Of a stretch of 42,039 bases of DNA, positions 33,192 through 42,039 are shown in pieces. Numbering within the stretch: the first letter of the stretch is position 1; each line of letters starts with the position of its first letter. This stretch comes from Malassezia furfur (lineage: Eukaryota). The DNA is taken from NCBI GenBank assembly GCA_052055015.1, contig JBQJIT010000046.1. One strand, written 5' to 3'. The position numbers were made by a program, and so were the translations under genes. A model generated the notes under the pieces. It was not told the origin of the DNA. It did no database searches and was given only the letters and a program-made list of their open reading frames with translations.

Positions 33192-34385
33192 TTAGCGGAG
33201 GCTGTTTTGGATTCGCCGCTTGCGCTCCTCGAGCTCCTGGCGCTGCTGGTCGAGCGCGTTGCGCATCTCGCGGTGCCGCGCGTAGAGCTCTTCCTCGCTC
33301 TGCTTCAGCTTGGCCTCCTTCTCGGCGACCTTGCGCTGGAAGACCATCTTCATCTCGTGCTCCATCTTGGCGAGCTTCGCCTCGTGCAGCGCACGCGCCT
33401 CGGCCTGCTGCGTGCCGGGGTTGACCTGCTGGAAGACGCTGTCGTCCTGGTTGATGCCGAGGGCGAGCAGCTTCTGTGTACGGTAGTCCTCATAGACACG
33501 CTCCGTCAGCTCGCGCAGGTCCTCCATGTTGTTGCGGATCAGCATCTGGCGCAGCTTCACAAAGTCGCTCTGCCGCTCGTTGTCCACCTCGACCACGCCC
33601 CACGGGTACGCGCGGCCGCGCACGGTCCGGCCCTCGGGCGTCTTGACCAGGTTGTTCGAGCCGACAATCGCGAACGGAATCTTGCTCTGGATCTCCTCAA
33701 TCTCCGCGATGCTCTCCTCGTCGTCGTCCGGAGAAATGGGCAGCTGCACCGTCTGGATGTTATGGAAGGCCAGGTCCTGCATTATCCGACGCTTGTAGTC
33801 CGGCAGTTCAAACGGATCCACCGTGTCCGACTTGGCAATCACCGGGATCACGTTCACATGCTTGTGCACGCGCGCCAAAAACTCAAGGTCGAGCGCCTTG
33901 AGTCCATGGCCGGTCGGCTGGATAAAGTAGAGTAGCGCATGCACACGGTTGTCCACAATCTTGTTGCGGCTCATCCGGTTCTCCTGCTCCAGGAACGAGT
34001 CGAAGCGTGCCTCGATCGTCTGCAGGATGGGTTCCCAGGCGTTCTCGTTGTTCACAAAGTCGCCGAAGCCCGGCGTGTCGATGATGTTGAGACGCAGGCG
34101 CACATCGTTCTCCTCAATGTCCGCACTGATCGTGTCAATGCCGACCGATTGCGAAGGCTCGCGCGCAGCGAGGCGCTCCTCGCCGCTCGGCACAAGGTTC
34201 GTGTTGAACAGCGTGTTGATCAGAGTCGACTTGCCCAGTCCCGTCTCACCGACGACCATAATGGTGAAGGTGAAACCCTTGCGCACCGTGTGCCGGTGCA
34301 CCTGGTTTGGCAGGTTCGCAAAACCCACATACGAGGTCAGCTTCTTGCGCGGAATCGCGGAGGGCGTCTGCGTCGCGGCTGCCAT
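33192..34385 (-). CDS. CDC3: Septin, Cdc3 group
   Basis: YVGFANLPNQVHR, GETGLGKST, DTPGFGD, PVIAKSD, RGRAYPWG, and the Cdc3/AspB-type coiled coil HEAKLAKMEHEMKMVFQRKVAEKEAKLKQSEEELYARHREM. Confidence 0.93.
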   Translation of the reverse strand: MAAATQTPSAIPRKKLTSYVGFANLPNQVHRHTVRKGFTFTIMVVGETGLGKSTLINTLFNTNLVPSGEERLAAREPSQSVGIDTISADIEENDVRLRLNIIDTPGFGDFVNNENAWEPILQTIEARFDSFLEQENRMSRNKIVDNRVHALLYFIQPTGHGLKALDLEFLARVHKHVNVIPVIAKSDTVDPFELPDYKRRIMQDLAFHNIQTVQLPISPDDDEESIAEIEEIQSKIPFAIVGSNNLVKTPEGRTVRGRAYPWGVVEVDNERQSDFVKLRQMLIRNNMEDLRELTERVYEDYRTQKLLALGINQDDSVFQQVNPGTQQAEARALHEAKLAKMEHEMKMVFQRKVAEKEAKLKQSEEELYARHREMRNALDQQRQELEERKRRIQNSLR

Positions 34386-34440
34386 AATACCGGGGGTGCT
34401 GGGAGCAAGCTGCGCCGCGCGACGGCGCCGCCCCCGCGAT

Positions 34441-34457
34441 CACGTGTACATCACGTG
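34441..34457. promoter_or_regulatory. Tandem CACGTG E-boxes in the 92-bp CDC3/LEA1 divergent promoter
   Basis: CACGTG at 34441-34446 and 34452-34457. The same hexamer occurs in other promoters at 2051, 7041, 9997, 16882, 21142 and 36823. Confidence 0.6.
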
Positions 34458-34477
34458 GCACTCCTCCTGCTGCGACG

Positions 34478-35239
34478 ATGAAGCTCACGGGGGAGCTGCT
34501 CGCGCAAAGCGACTCGTCGCTCAACCCACTGAAAGAACGCGAGCTGGACTTGCGGGGGCTGAAGATTGTCGCCATCGAAAATCTCGGTGTGACGCGCGAC
34601 CAAAATGACGCGCTCGACTTTACCGACAACGAAATCAAATACCTCGGCAACTTCCCCCGCCTCCTGCGTTTGCAGCACCTCACTCTTTCCAACAACCTCG
34701 TGACGCGCGTGGACCCGCTGCTCGGGAAGTCTCTGCCGTACTTGCACTCCCTGGTTCTCACAAATAATGCCATCGCGGATATGCGCCAGATCGTGCCGCT
34801 CCGGCGCCTGCGCCGCCTCGAATACCTCTCGTTGCTCGGCAATCCGGTATCGCACGAGAAGCACTATCGCGAGTTTGTTATTTGGCGACTGCCGAATGTG
34901 CGCGTCTTGGACTTTAAGCGCGTCACCGACAAGGAGCGCGAATACGCTCGGCGGCTGATGGAAACGCCCGAGGGTCGGCCATCGGAACTGGCCATTCAGC
35001 TGTCTGGCTCGGATACCTCGGCGCCGGCAGCAGCGCCAACACATGCTGCGCGCTTCGAGCCGGGGGCGCCCATTCCGGGTGCCGCAGGGCGCCAACTTAC
35101 GGCCAAGGACCGCGCAGCCATTCAAGAAGCGATTGTCAAGAGTGAGTCGCTGGACGAAATTCGGCGTTTGGAGGAGCGTCTCAAGATGGGGTACATGCCA
35201 AGCACGGATGCTACTGGTGGCGATGCATCAGCCCCTTGA
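34478..35239 (+). CDS. LEA1: U2 snRNP protein A' (leucine-rich repeat)
   Basis: MKLTGELL...NPLKERELDLRGLKIVAIENLG, LRR repeats, LRRcap YREFVIWRLPNVRVLDFKRV, and SLDEIRRLEERLKMG. Confidence 0.95.
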   Translation: MKLTGELLAQSDSSLNPLKERELDLRGLKIVAIENLGVTRDQNDALDFTDNEIKYLGNFPRLLRLQHLTLSNNLVTRVDPLLGKSLPYLHSLVLTNNAIADMRQIVPLRRLRRLEYLSLLGNPVSHEKHYREFVIWRLPNVRVLDFKRVTDKEREYARRLMETPEGRPSELAIQLSGSDTSAPAAAPTHAARFEPGAPIPGAAGRQLTAKDRAAIQEAIVKSESLDEIRRLEERLKMGYMPSTDATGGDASAP

Positions 35240-35665
35240 TGCGCTGCATGTCTCGTAGACTGAGTTTGATGAATACCCATGGGACACGCGCTGGCTTCGT
35301 GACTATTCACAGCGCAGATGATCCCAATGCAACCTGTTGATCCTATTTGACATTATGGTACACATTAGCGGATGGTTCCGTTCTATTGCAGCCATCCCTG
35401 CACCCAACTGAGTGCTCCACTATTCCATGTCTAGCAGCTGGGGCCAATCCTTCCAGAATCGGGCATCGCATTCATTTCGCGCTTGATCGAGTTACGTCAT
35501 TTTACGTCTTCGATGCGGCGGGAATATATTGCACGGGCCAATCCCTTCAGCGAACCGCCTTTCCGCGCCTCCTCGGGTATGGTCCGATCATGTTCGGTTC
35601 CTGATTAATCAGCCTGAGGTGGCTCCGAAGCGTTAGGCGTCCCGTGCGCATGGGAGTGCGAAACA

Positions 35666-35673
35666 TATAAAAA
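35666..35673 (+). promoter_or_regulatory. TATA box upstream of the YcjY-like hydrolase
   Basis: TATAAAAA lies about 40 bp upstream of ATG 35710 in an otherwise GC-rich window. Confidence 0.55.
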
Positions 35674-35709
35674 TGTGAGGCGCACATACGCATACTTCTA
35701 TATAACATC

Positions 35710-36611
35710 ATGGTCTCTGTCGACAAAGTTAGCTTCCGCAGCCGTGGCCTCCGCGTCGCCGGCAACCTGTACAAGCCTGATGGCTCGGGCAAGCACTCGG
35801 CCGTCGTGGTGAGCCACCCATGACGGGTGTCAAGGAACAGACGGCCGGGATGCACGCCGAGCTGCTCGCCAAGGAGGGCTTCGTCGCGCTCACCTTTGAC
35901 GCCGCCTACCAGGGCGAGAGTGAGGGTGAGCCTCGTTTCCTTGAGGACCCGTCGCAGCGTGCGGAGGACATCCGTGCCGCCGTGTCCTTTGTGCAGTCGC
36001 AGGACTGTGTCGACCCCGAGAAGGTGGGTGCGCTCGGCATCTGTGCTTCGGGCGGCTACGTGCCGTTCACTGCCCAGACCGACCTGCGCATCAAGGCCGT
36101 CGCGACCGTCAGCGCCGCGTGCGCTGGCTGCCTGTTCCGTGAGGGCCTCCCCAGTGGGCCGACGTCGAATGACACGCTGCACGAGCAGCTCGCAGGGGTT
36201 GCCAAGGTCCGTACGGCGATGGACCAGGGTGGTGCTCCTGTCGCGAACGACATCCTTCCGACGGGCACTTCGAGCCTTCCAGACGACTCGATGTTCAAGG
36301 AGGCGCCGGACTACTACAAGACGCCGCGTGCGCAGCACAAGAATGCGCCGAACAAGTTCGATGCGTCGAGCATGCTGTACCTCGTGAACTACGACTCGTT
36401 CCAGTTCATGCACCTGATTGCGCCGCGCCCTCTGCTGATGATTGCTGGCTCCAAGGCGGACACCAAGTTCTACAGCGAGCGCGCCATCCTGAATGCGCGT
36501 GAGCCGCGTGAGCTGTTTGTGGTGCCGGGCCGCACGCACATTGATCTGTACGACCACCTTGATGTGTCGGGCCCGAAGCTGGTTGACTTCTTCAAGCAGC
36601 ACCTCAAGTAA
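35710..36611 (+). pseudogene. YcjY-like (COG1073) alpha/beta hydrolase with Cys nucleophile, interrupted by a 1-nt frameshift at ~35817-35820 (pseudogene, sequencing error or recoding)
   Basis: ATG 35710 reads MVSVDKVSFRSRGLRVAGNLYKP...AVVVSHP then TGA (35821-35823). The overlapping ATG at 35820 continues MTGVKEQTAG...FDAAYQGESEGEPR...GICASGGY...PLLMIAGSKADT...THIDLYD. One extra base restores the family motif HPxxGVKEQ. Confidence 0.75.
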
Positions 36612-36846
36612 TTGTTCTATGTAGTTTATGGAAGGGATGACTCGAAAGCCCTGAATTAGGTTGGTGTTTACGCTCGAGAATGGACGAGCGCACTTCGCGG
36701 ATAGTGACTCCTTGCCCGAGCTTCGCAATCGTTATGCCCACACACACATGTGAGAAGATCATAGCTTCGGACGTGCTGGGCATGCGGCGCACCGTGCACC
36801 GATCCAACACGTCCAACACCCCCACGTGGCACTCCACCCACCTGCG

Positions 36847-39800
36847 ATGATCGACGCGCATCCGACCGGCGACTGGTCTGCGGAGGCGTGTCGCACCGTC
36901 GCGCGTGAGCTCACACGTACACAGGACCTTGGGATACACCGAGATGCTGTATCTCACGTCGCCGTGGATATGCATTTTGCTGCGTATGCGGCTGGATCCA
37001 CGTCGCCCGGATTCCCCGCATCCCCTCAGCACCTTCTTGCGCAGCTGCATAGCTTTGGTGCGATTCTGAGTGCCCAAAAAGAAGCGCTGGAAGATCAGCA
37101 GCGCTTCCGTATCGTGGGTCTTGACAGACTCAGCGAGACAGTTGCGCAGGTCGAGGCGATGCAGGCCTCACTGGCGACGCAGCGCGCCAAGCTTGCACAG
37201 ATGAACGACGAGGCGAACGTGCGTCTGCAAAGCATGGTGCACAACCAGCAAATGGCGGAGTCGCAGCGTGAGGCATCTCTTGCATTACAGGCCTCGCTGC
37301 ACGAACAGGAGGCGGCGGTCGCGGCGCAGCGCGAGTCGGTGCTGCAGCAGCTGGCCGAAGCGGAACCGGCCTTGTTGGACGCGCAGGCCGCGGTGAGCAA
37401 CATCAAGAAGCAGCAGCTCACCGAGCTGCGCTCGCTCTCCAATCCTCCTGCACCCGTAAAGAGCACGATGGAGTCGGTGTGCATCCTGCTGGGCCACGAG
37501 CAACTCGAGGGGTGGAAGAGCGTCCAGGCGATTCTGCGCCGCGACGACTTTATTGCGAGCGTCGTGCACCTGGACACGGAGCATGCGGTGCGCAAGGCAG
37601 TGCGCGGTCGACTCAAGCGCGAGTATCTGAGCCGCGAAGAGTACAGCTACGACATTATCAACCACGCGAGCAAGGCATGTGGGCCCCTGGCGCGCTGGGT
37701 CATGGCGCAGGTACACTATGCCGACATTCTCGAGCGCGTCGCGCCGCTGCGTGCCGAGATGCGCTCCGTCGAGGAGCAGGCGGAGCAGACGCGTGCCGAG
37801 GCAGCGCATGCCGCCGAGTCGGTGCAGGCGCTCGAGGCGAGCATTGCGGACTACAAGGCGCAGTATGCGGCGCTAATCAGTGACATCCAGGCGACCAAGG
37901 CCGAGATGGAGCGCATCGAGCAACGCGTCGAGCGCAGCGTGCGTCTGCTCGCGGGCCTTGAGGCGGAGCGCGCGCGCTGGGAGCGTGGGCGTGCCGACTT
38001 CGACGAGCAGGTGCAGACGCTCGTGGGCGATGCGCTGCTGAGTGCAGCGCTCGTGGCGTACGCGGGCTACTTTGAGCAGGGCGTGCGCGATGCGCTCTGG
38101 ACGCAGTGGGAGACGATGCTGCGCGACGCACACATCCCCTTTCGTGCGGAGTTGAGTGTGCGCGACTGGCTCGTCCCGGCCGATACGCGCGCGACATGGC
38201 TCGCCGATGGCCTGCCGAGCGATGCGCTCGCCGTTGACAATGCCGTGATTGTGGAGCACTGCACGCGCTACCCCCTGCTGATTGACCCGACGGGCGAGGC
38301 GGCGCAGTACGTGCAGCGGCGCTACGCGCCCCAGAAGCTTGCCGTCGCGAGCTGCCAGGACACGAGCTTTGTCAAGGTGCTCGAGAGCGCGCTGCGGTTC
38401 GGCACGCCGCTGCTGCTGCACGACGCCGAGCACATCGACCCGGTGCTGCTGCCCGTGCTGAAGCAGGAGAAGCGGCGCACGGGCGGGCGTGTGCTGGTGC
38501 GTGTCGCACAGCAGGACGTCGACTGTGCGCCGTCGTTCCGCCTGTTCCTCGCGACGCGCGACCCTGCGCCGGTGCTGCCCGAGTACGTCGCGTGCCGCGT
38601 GCAGATGGTCAACTTTACCACGACCCGCAAGAGTCTGCAAGCGCAGGCGCTGCAGCGTGTGCTGCGTGCCGAGCGCCCCGACGTCGAGACGCAGCGCGCA
38701 CAGGTCGCCGCCGCGCAGGGCGAGTTCCAGCGGCGGCTGCAGCGCCTCGACCACGCGCTGCTCGCGGCGCTCAACGAGGCGCAGGGGCACCTGCTCGAGA
38801 GCGACCAGGTGGTCGCCACGCTCGAAGCGCTCAAGACCGAGGCGGAGGAGGTACAGGCGCGCGCGACCGAGGCGGCGGCACTCGCTGCACACGTTCGCAC
38901 GGTGACGGACGCGTACGAGCCGCTCGCCGAGGCGGCGAGCGCCGTGTTCTTTGCGCTGCAGGACATGGGCACACTCCAGCCGTACTACCAGTGGGGCCTC
39001 GACATGTTTTGGGGCGTGCTCGACCGTGTGCTCCGCACGCCCGCGCACGACGGCGCCGACCGTGTTGCGGAGCTCACACGCGCCCTCTTCCGCGAGGCGT
39101 ACAGCGCGACGGCACCCTCGGTGCTGCAGCGCGACCGCCTCATTCTCGCAGCCGTCTTGGCGCAGATCGCGCGCGATGACGACGCCGAGCTGCGCGCGCT
39201 GCTCATGCCGCGGCTGCCCGATGTGCCGTACGTGCGCCGCGTCGAGCTCGATCGCCGGCAGCGTGCCGAGGCGTGGGCGGCGTATGCCGCACGTCCCGCG
39301 CCTGAAGCGGCGCCGTCGCCCCTCGAAGAGGACGACGGCGCAGCGGACGATGACGTCGCGCGCCTCGTGCGCCGGGCGATCGCCGTGCGTATGGTGCGCG
39401 CCGACCACACCGCGCCGAGCACCGCGCGCGCCCTGGAAGCCGCGCTGGGTGTGCCGCTGTACGAGCTGCCCGGCGTCGACGCCCTGATCGACGCGACGCC
39501 TGCGCACGTGCCAGTCGTGCTGTGCAGTCCGCCGGGACACGACGCGAGTGGGCAGGTGATGCATGCGGCGCGGGTGCGGGGCATCGCGTACACGGACGTG
39601 GCGCTCGGTGCGCCCGAGGCGCTGGCGGCCGCCGAGCGTGCGCTGACGCAAGCGGCGCGCGCCGGGCACTGGGTGCTGGTGCAAAACGCGCACCTGGCGC
39701 TGCCGTGGCTCGCGGGGCTCGTGCCGCGCGTTGCGGCGCTGCACGCGCACGCGGCGACGCGTGTGCTGGTGACGTGCGAGCTGAGTGCGCGGCTGCCGCG

Positions 39801-41260
39801 CGCGGCGCTGCGCGGCGCACACGTCGTGATGCACGAGCCGCCCGCGGGCGTCAAGGCGGCGCTGCTTGCGTGCCTGCGTCTCGCCGAGGCGCGCGCCTCG
39901 ACGCCAGGGCCGCAGGAGCGCGTGCGGCTTTACTGCCTCGCGGCGTACGTGCACGCCGTTGTGGTCGAGCGTGTGCAGTACGTCCCGATTGGCTGGACAC
40001 AGGCGTACGAGTTCCACGACGTCGACTACCTCGCGGCGCTGGACCTGATCGACACGTGGACGCGGCACGCCGCAGGGCACAAGGCGCACCTCGCGCCCGC
40101 CGACGTGCCGTGGGACGCGCTCCGCACGATGCTCAAGCAGGCAGTGTACGGTGCAAAACTCGACCGCGCGCCGGACCGCGCGATGCTCGATGCGCTTATT
40201 GACCGCGTGTTTGTGCCCGCAAGCTTTGATGCGGCGTTTGTGCTCGCGCCCGACGCAGCGGTCCCACTCGTCCTGCCCGAGGGCACGCGGCACGAGCAGT
40301 TTGTCGCGTGGGCACATGCCCTGCCCACGCCGCAGCCCGTGCAGTGGCTGCTCCTCGCGCCGCACGCGGAGCGCAGCGTCGCGGCGTCGCATGCGCTCGA
40401 CGCGCTGCACCGCCTCGCTTCGCTTCAGCAGCACACAGACACAGATGCGCAAAAGGCACAGACTGACGACGCAAGGCGCGCCGCGGAGCATGCCACTGCA
40501 TGGCTCGCGGCGCTGCCGGAATACGTCTCTCGCGGCACGCCCACGGACCCGGCCTTTGCTTTGTACGTACCCACCCCTGACCCAGCTTCTGGCGGCGCGA
40601 GCAAGACGCGGCACAGACCCTCCTCGAGCGCGTGCGTACCCAGCTCGGCGCGGTGGTCGCCGCCGCCGAGACACACGGCCGGCGCACAAACGAGAGCGCG
40701 GCGCTGGCCACAGCGATCGTCCACGACGACATACCCGAGGCGTGGCGGGTGTACCCTGTTGCGCCTGACCTGGGCCTTGCGGCGTGGATCGCCGACCTAG
40801 GCACGCGCCTTGCGCAGTGCGGTGCGCCACCGGAGCGCGTCGCGCTGCACCGCCTCTTCAACGTGCGCGCGTTTCTGATGGCGGCCCGCCAGGCCGCGGC
40901 GCACGCGACGCACACCCACCTCGAGCAGGTCGTGCCGGCCGTGGTGACGGGCGTGGAGGCGAGCACGCCCGGCGTCTACTTGGTGGACGGTACGTATGCA
41001 CCACTGACGCAGATCTCTGGCTGGATGGTGCGACGATCACCGACGAGGGCGTGTGCCTGAACGACGGCACCACAACGCGCGTGCCGCAGTGTGCACTGCG
41101 GTGGGCGCAGGCCGCCGACGCCGCGGCGCACACGCCGCAGCTGCCCGTGTACCTGGATGCGGCGCGCACCGAACTGCTGCTGCACATGCCGCTGCCGGCC
41201 ACGCGCACGTTTGATGCATCGCTCGCGCGGCTGCGTGCCGTCGCGCTACGTGCTGCCTAG
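36847..41260 (+). CDS. dyn2: Cytoplasmic dynein heavy chain, C-terminal part (AAA4 small subdomain, stalk/MTBD, AAA5, AAA6, C-terminal domain), ~1455 aa; two 23-nt introns (40563-40585, 40990-41012)
   Basis: Begins MIDAHPTGDWSAEA. Stalk/MTBD motifs AEPALLDAQAAVSNIKKQQLTELRSLSNPP and ASKACGPLARW; AAA5 RYPLLIDPTG and LESALRFG; AAA6 PGHDAS, WVLVQNAHLA, ERVQYVPIGWTQAYEF and VYGAKLD. Splicing restores FFWRRE and DLWLDGA. Confidence 0.93.
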
Positions 41261-41261
41261 A

Positions 41262-42039
41262 CTAGTGTACAATAGAACGAAGGGGGAGCGTGTCGGGCAC
41301 GTCTTGCGAGGAGTGGGTGACGTGGATCGCGACGCTACGGCGCGCCAGGCCGCCCGCACACATGCCGCGCACGCGCCGGACGCCCGTGTCCGACCCATAC
41401 ACGTCGAGATGCACGACACACAGCGCGTCGAGGCACGTGTCGAGGCGCTGGAGCAGCACGAGGGCCGCGCCGGGCGACGCAGCGACGTACAGCGTGTGGA
41501 CATGAGCGCACAGTGGATAGGTGAGGAGCGTTCCGGACGCACACAGCGCCGCTTCGCTGTCGGGCAGAACGAGCGAGAGGCGCGAGGGGCATGCGCCGCA
41601 GCGCAGTCCCTCGGCGGTGCTGCGGCACAGCGCGGCACACGACGGCGCATCGAGCACGAGGTGCGCGAGCACGGGCAGTAGCACGAGCAGGTGCTCGAGC
41701 GCGAGCGCGAGTGTGTCGGTGAGGCCGTGCAGCGCGAGCGTATGCACGTACGCGCCGAGATCGGGGCGCAGCAGCACGAGCGTGCGGCGGAGCTGGTGGA
41801 GTGCGTGCGGCGACGCGATGCGCACCGTGTGGTACGCGACCGGGGTGAGCGCGCGGTAGCATGCGTGCGATAGCGTGAGGAGCGGCACGAACGATGGCGC
41901 GTGGGTGCCGGGCGCGGCGGCTACCGCGTGCTGGACGGCACACGCCAGGACCCGCAATCGGATCTCGGGCGGGAGGCGCGCGCACCACACCGCGGGCCGA
42001 TCGGCGGCGCGTGCGCGCTCAGCGCGGCGGACGGCACGC
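41262..42039 (-). CDS. Hypothetical F-box-like protein, 5' end outside the window
   Basis: Frame stays open to the window edge. RLPPEIRLRVL resembles an F-box start, and later L-S-x-x-C-Y...P-V-A-Y-H-T-V and YVHTLAL resemble fungal F-box/RNI-like proteins. Confidence 0.5.
   Translation of the reverse strand, partial: RAVRRAERARAADRPAVWCARLPPEIRLRVLACAVQHAVAAAPGTHAPSFVPLLTLSHACYRALTPVAYHTVRIASPHALHQLRRTLVLLRPDLGAYVHTLALHGLTDTLALALEHLLVLLPVLAHLVLDAPSCAALCRSTAEGLRCGACPSRLSLVLPDSEAALCASGTLLTYPLCAHVHTLYVAASPGAALVLLQRLDTCLDALCVVHLDVYGSDTGVRRVRGMCAGGLARRSVAIHVTHSSQDVPDTLPLRSIVH

Noticed and set aside
36760..36880. Trans-splicing or intein-mediated joining of dyn1 and dyn2 (cf. Giardia split dynein introns)
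   Set aside because: There is no AG acceptor or branch site in the ~100 nt before the GDWS codons, no complementary sequence near the dyn1 end, and no intein motifs. Each half has its own start and stop.
24271..40830. Very long antisense/alternate-frame ORFs (e.g. 26616..29447 +, 29508..31460 +, 37873..40830 -)
   Set aside because: These are shadow ORFs of the GC-rich dynein genes, with Arg/Ala-rich translations lacking any recognisable motif.

Overview
Gene-dense, GC-rich fungal chromosome segment. The compaction, tiny introns and Ustilago-type split dynein point to a Malassezia-like ustilaginomycotine yeast (inference). About 22 protein genes and one intron-containing tRNA-Gly(GCC) are supported, in order: UGO1, a hidden 65-aa CDC26-like gene, NCL1/TRM4, tRNA-Gly, MDJ1, LTP1, SLY1, a TesB-type thioesterase, a JMJD4-like JmjC gene, a GYF protein, RPD3, VMA7, di-ubiquitin, PTH2, DCP2, BIO2, an alpha/beta hydrolase, dyn1, septin CDC3, U2A'/LEA1, a frameshifted YcjY-like hydrolase, dyn2 and a partial F-box-like ORF. 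Highlights: (1) Cytoplasmic dynein heavy chain is split into two exactly complementary genes in a head-to-head arrangement that a single ~12.5 kb inversion would rejoin. (2) About 40 hand-inferred spliceosomal introns are only 21-36 nt long, and there are 3-nt and 9-nt micro-exons. (3) A CACGTG E-box recurs in almost every divergent micro-promoter. (4) A bacterial-like Cys-nucleophile hydrolase with a 1-nt frameshift sits beside the inferred breakpoint. Gene identities come from recalled family motifs, and splice models were built by hand with no alignment or RNA data.
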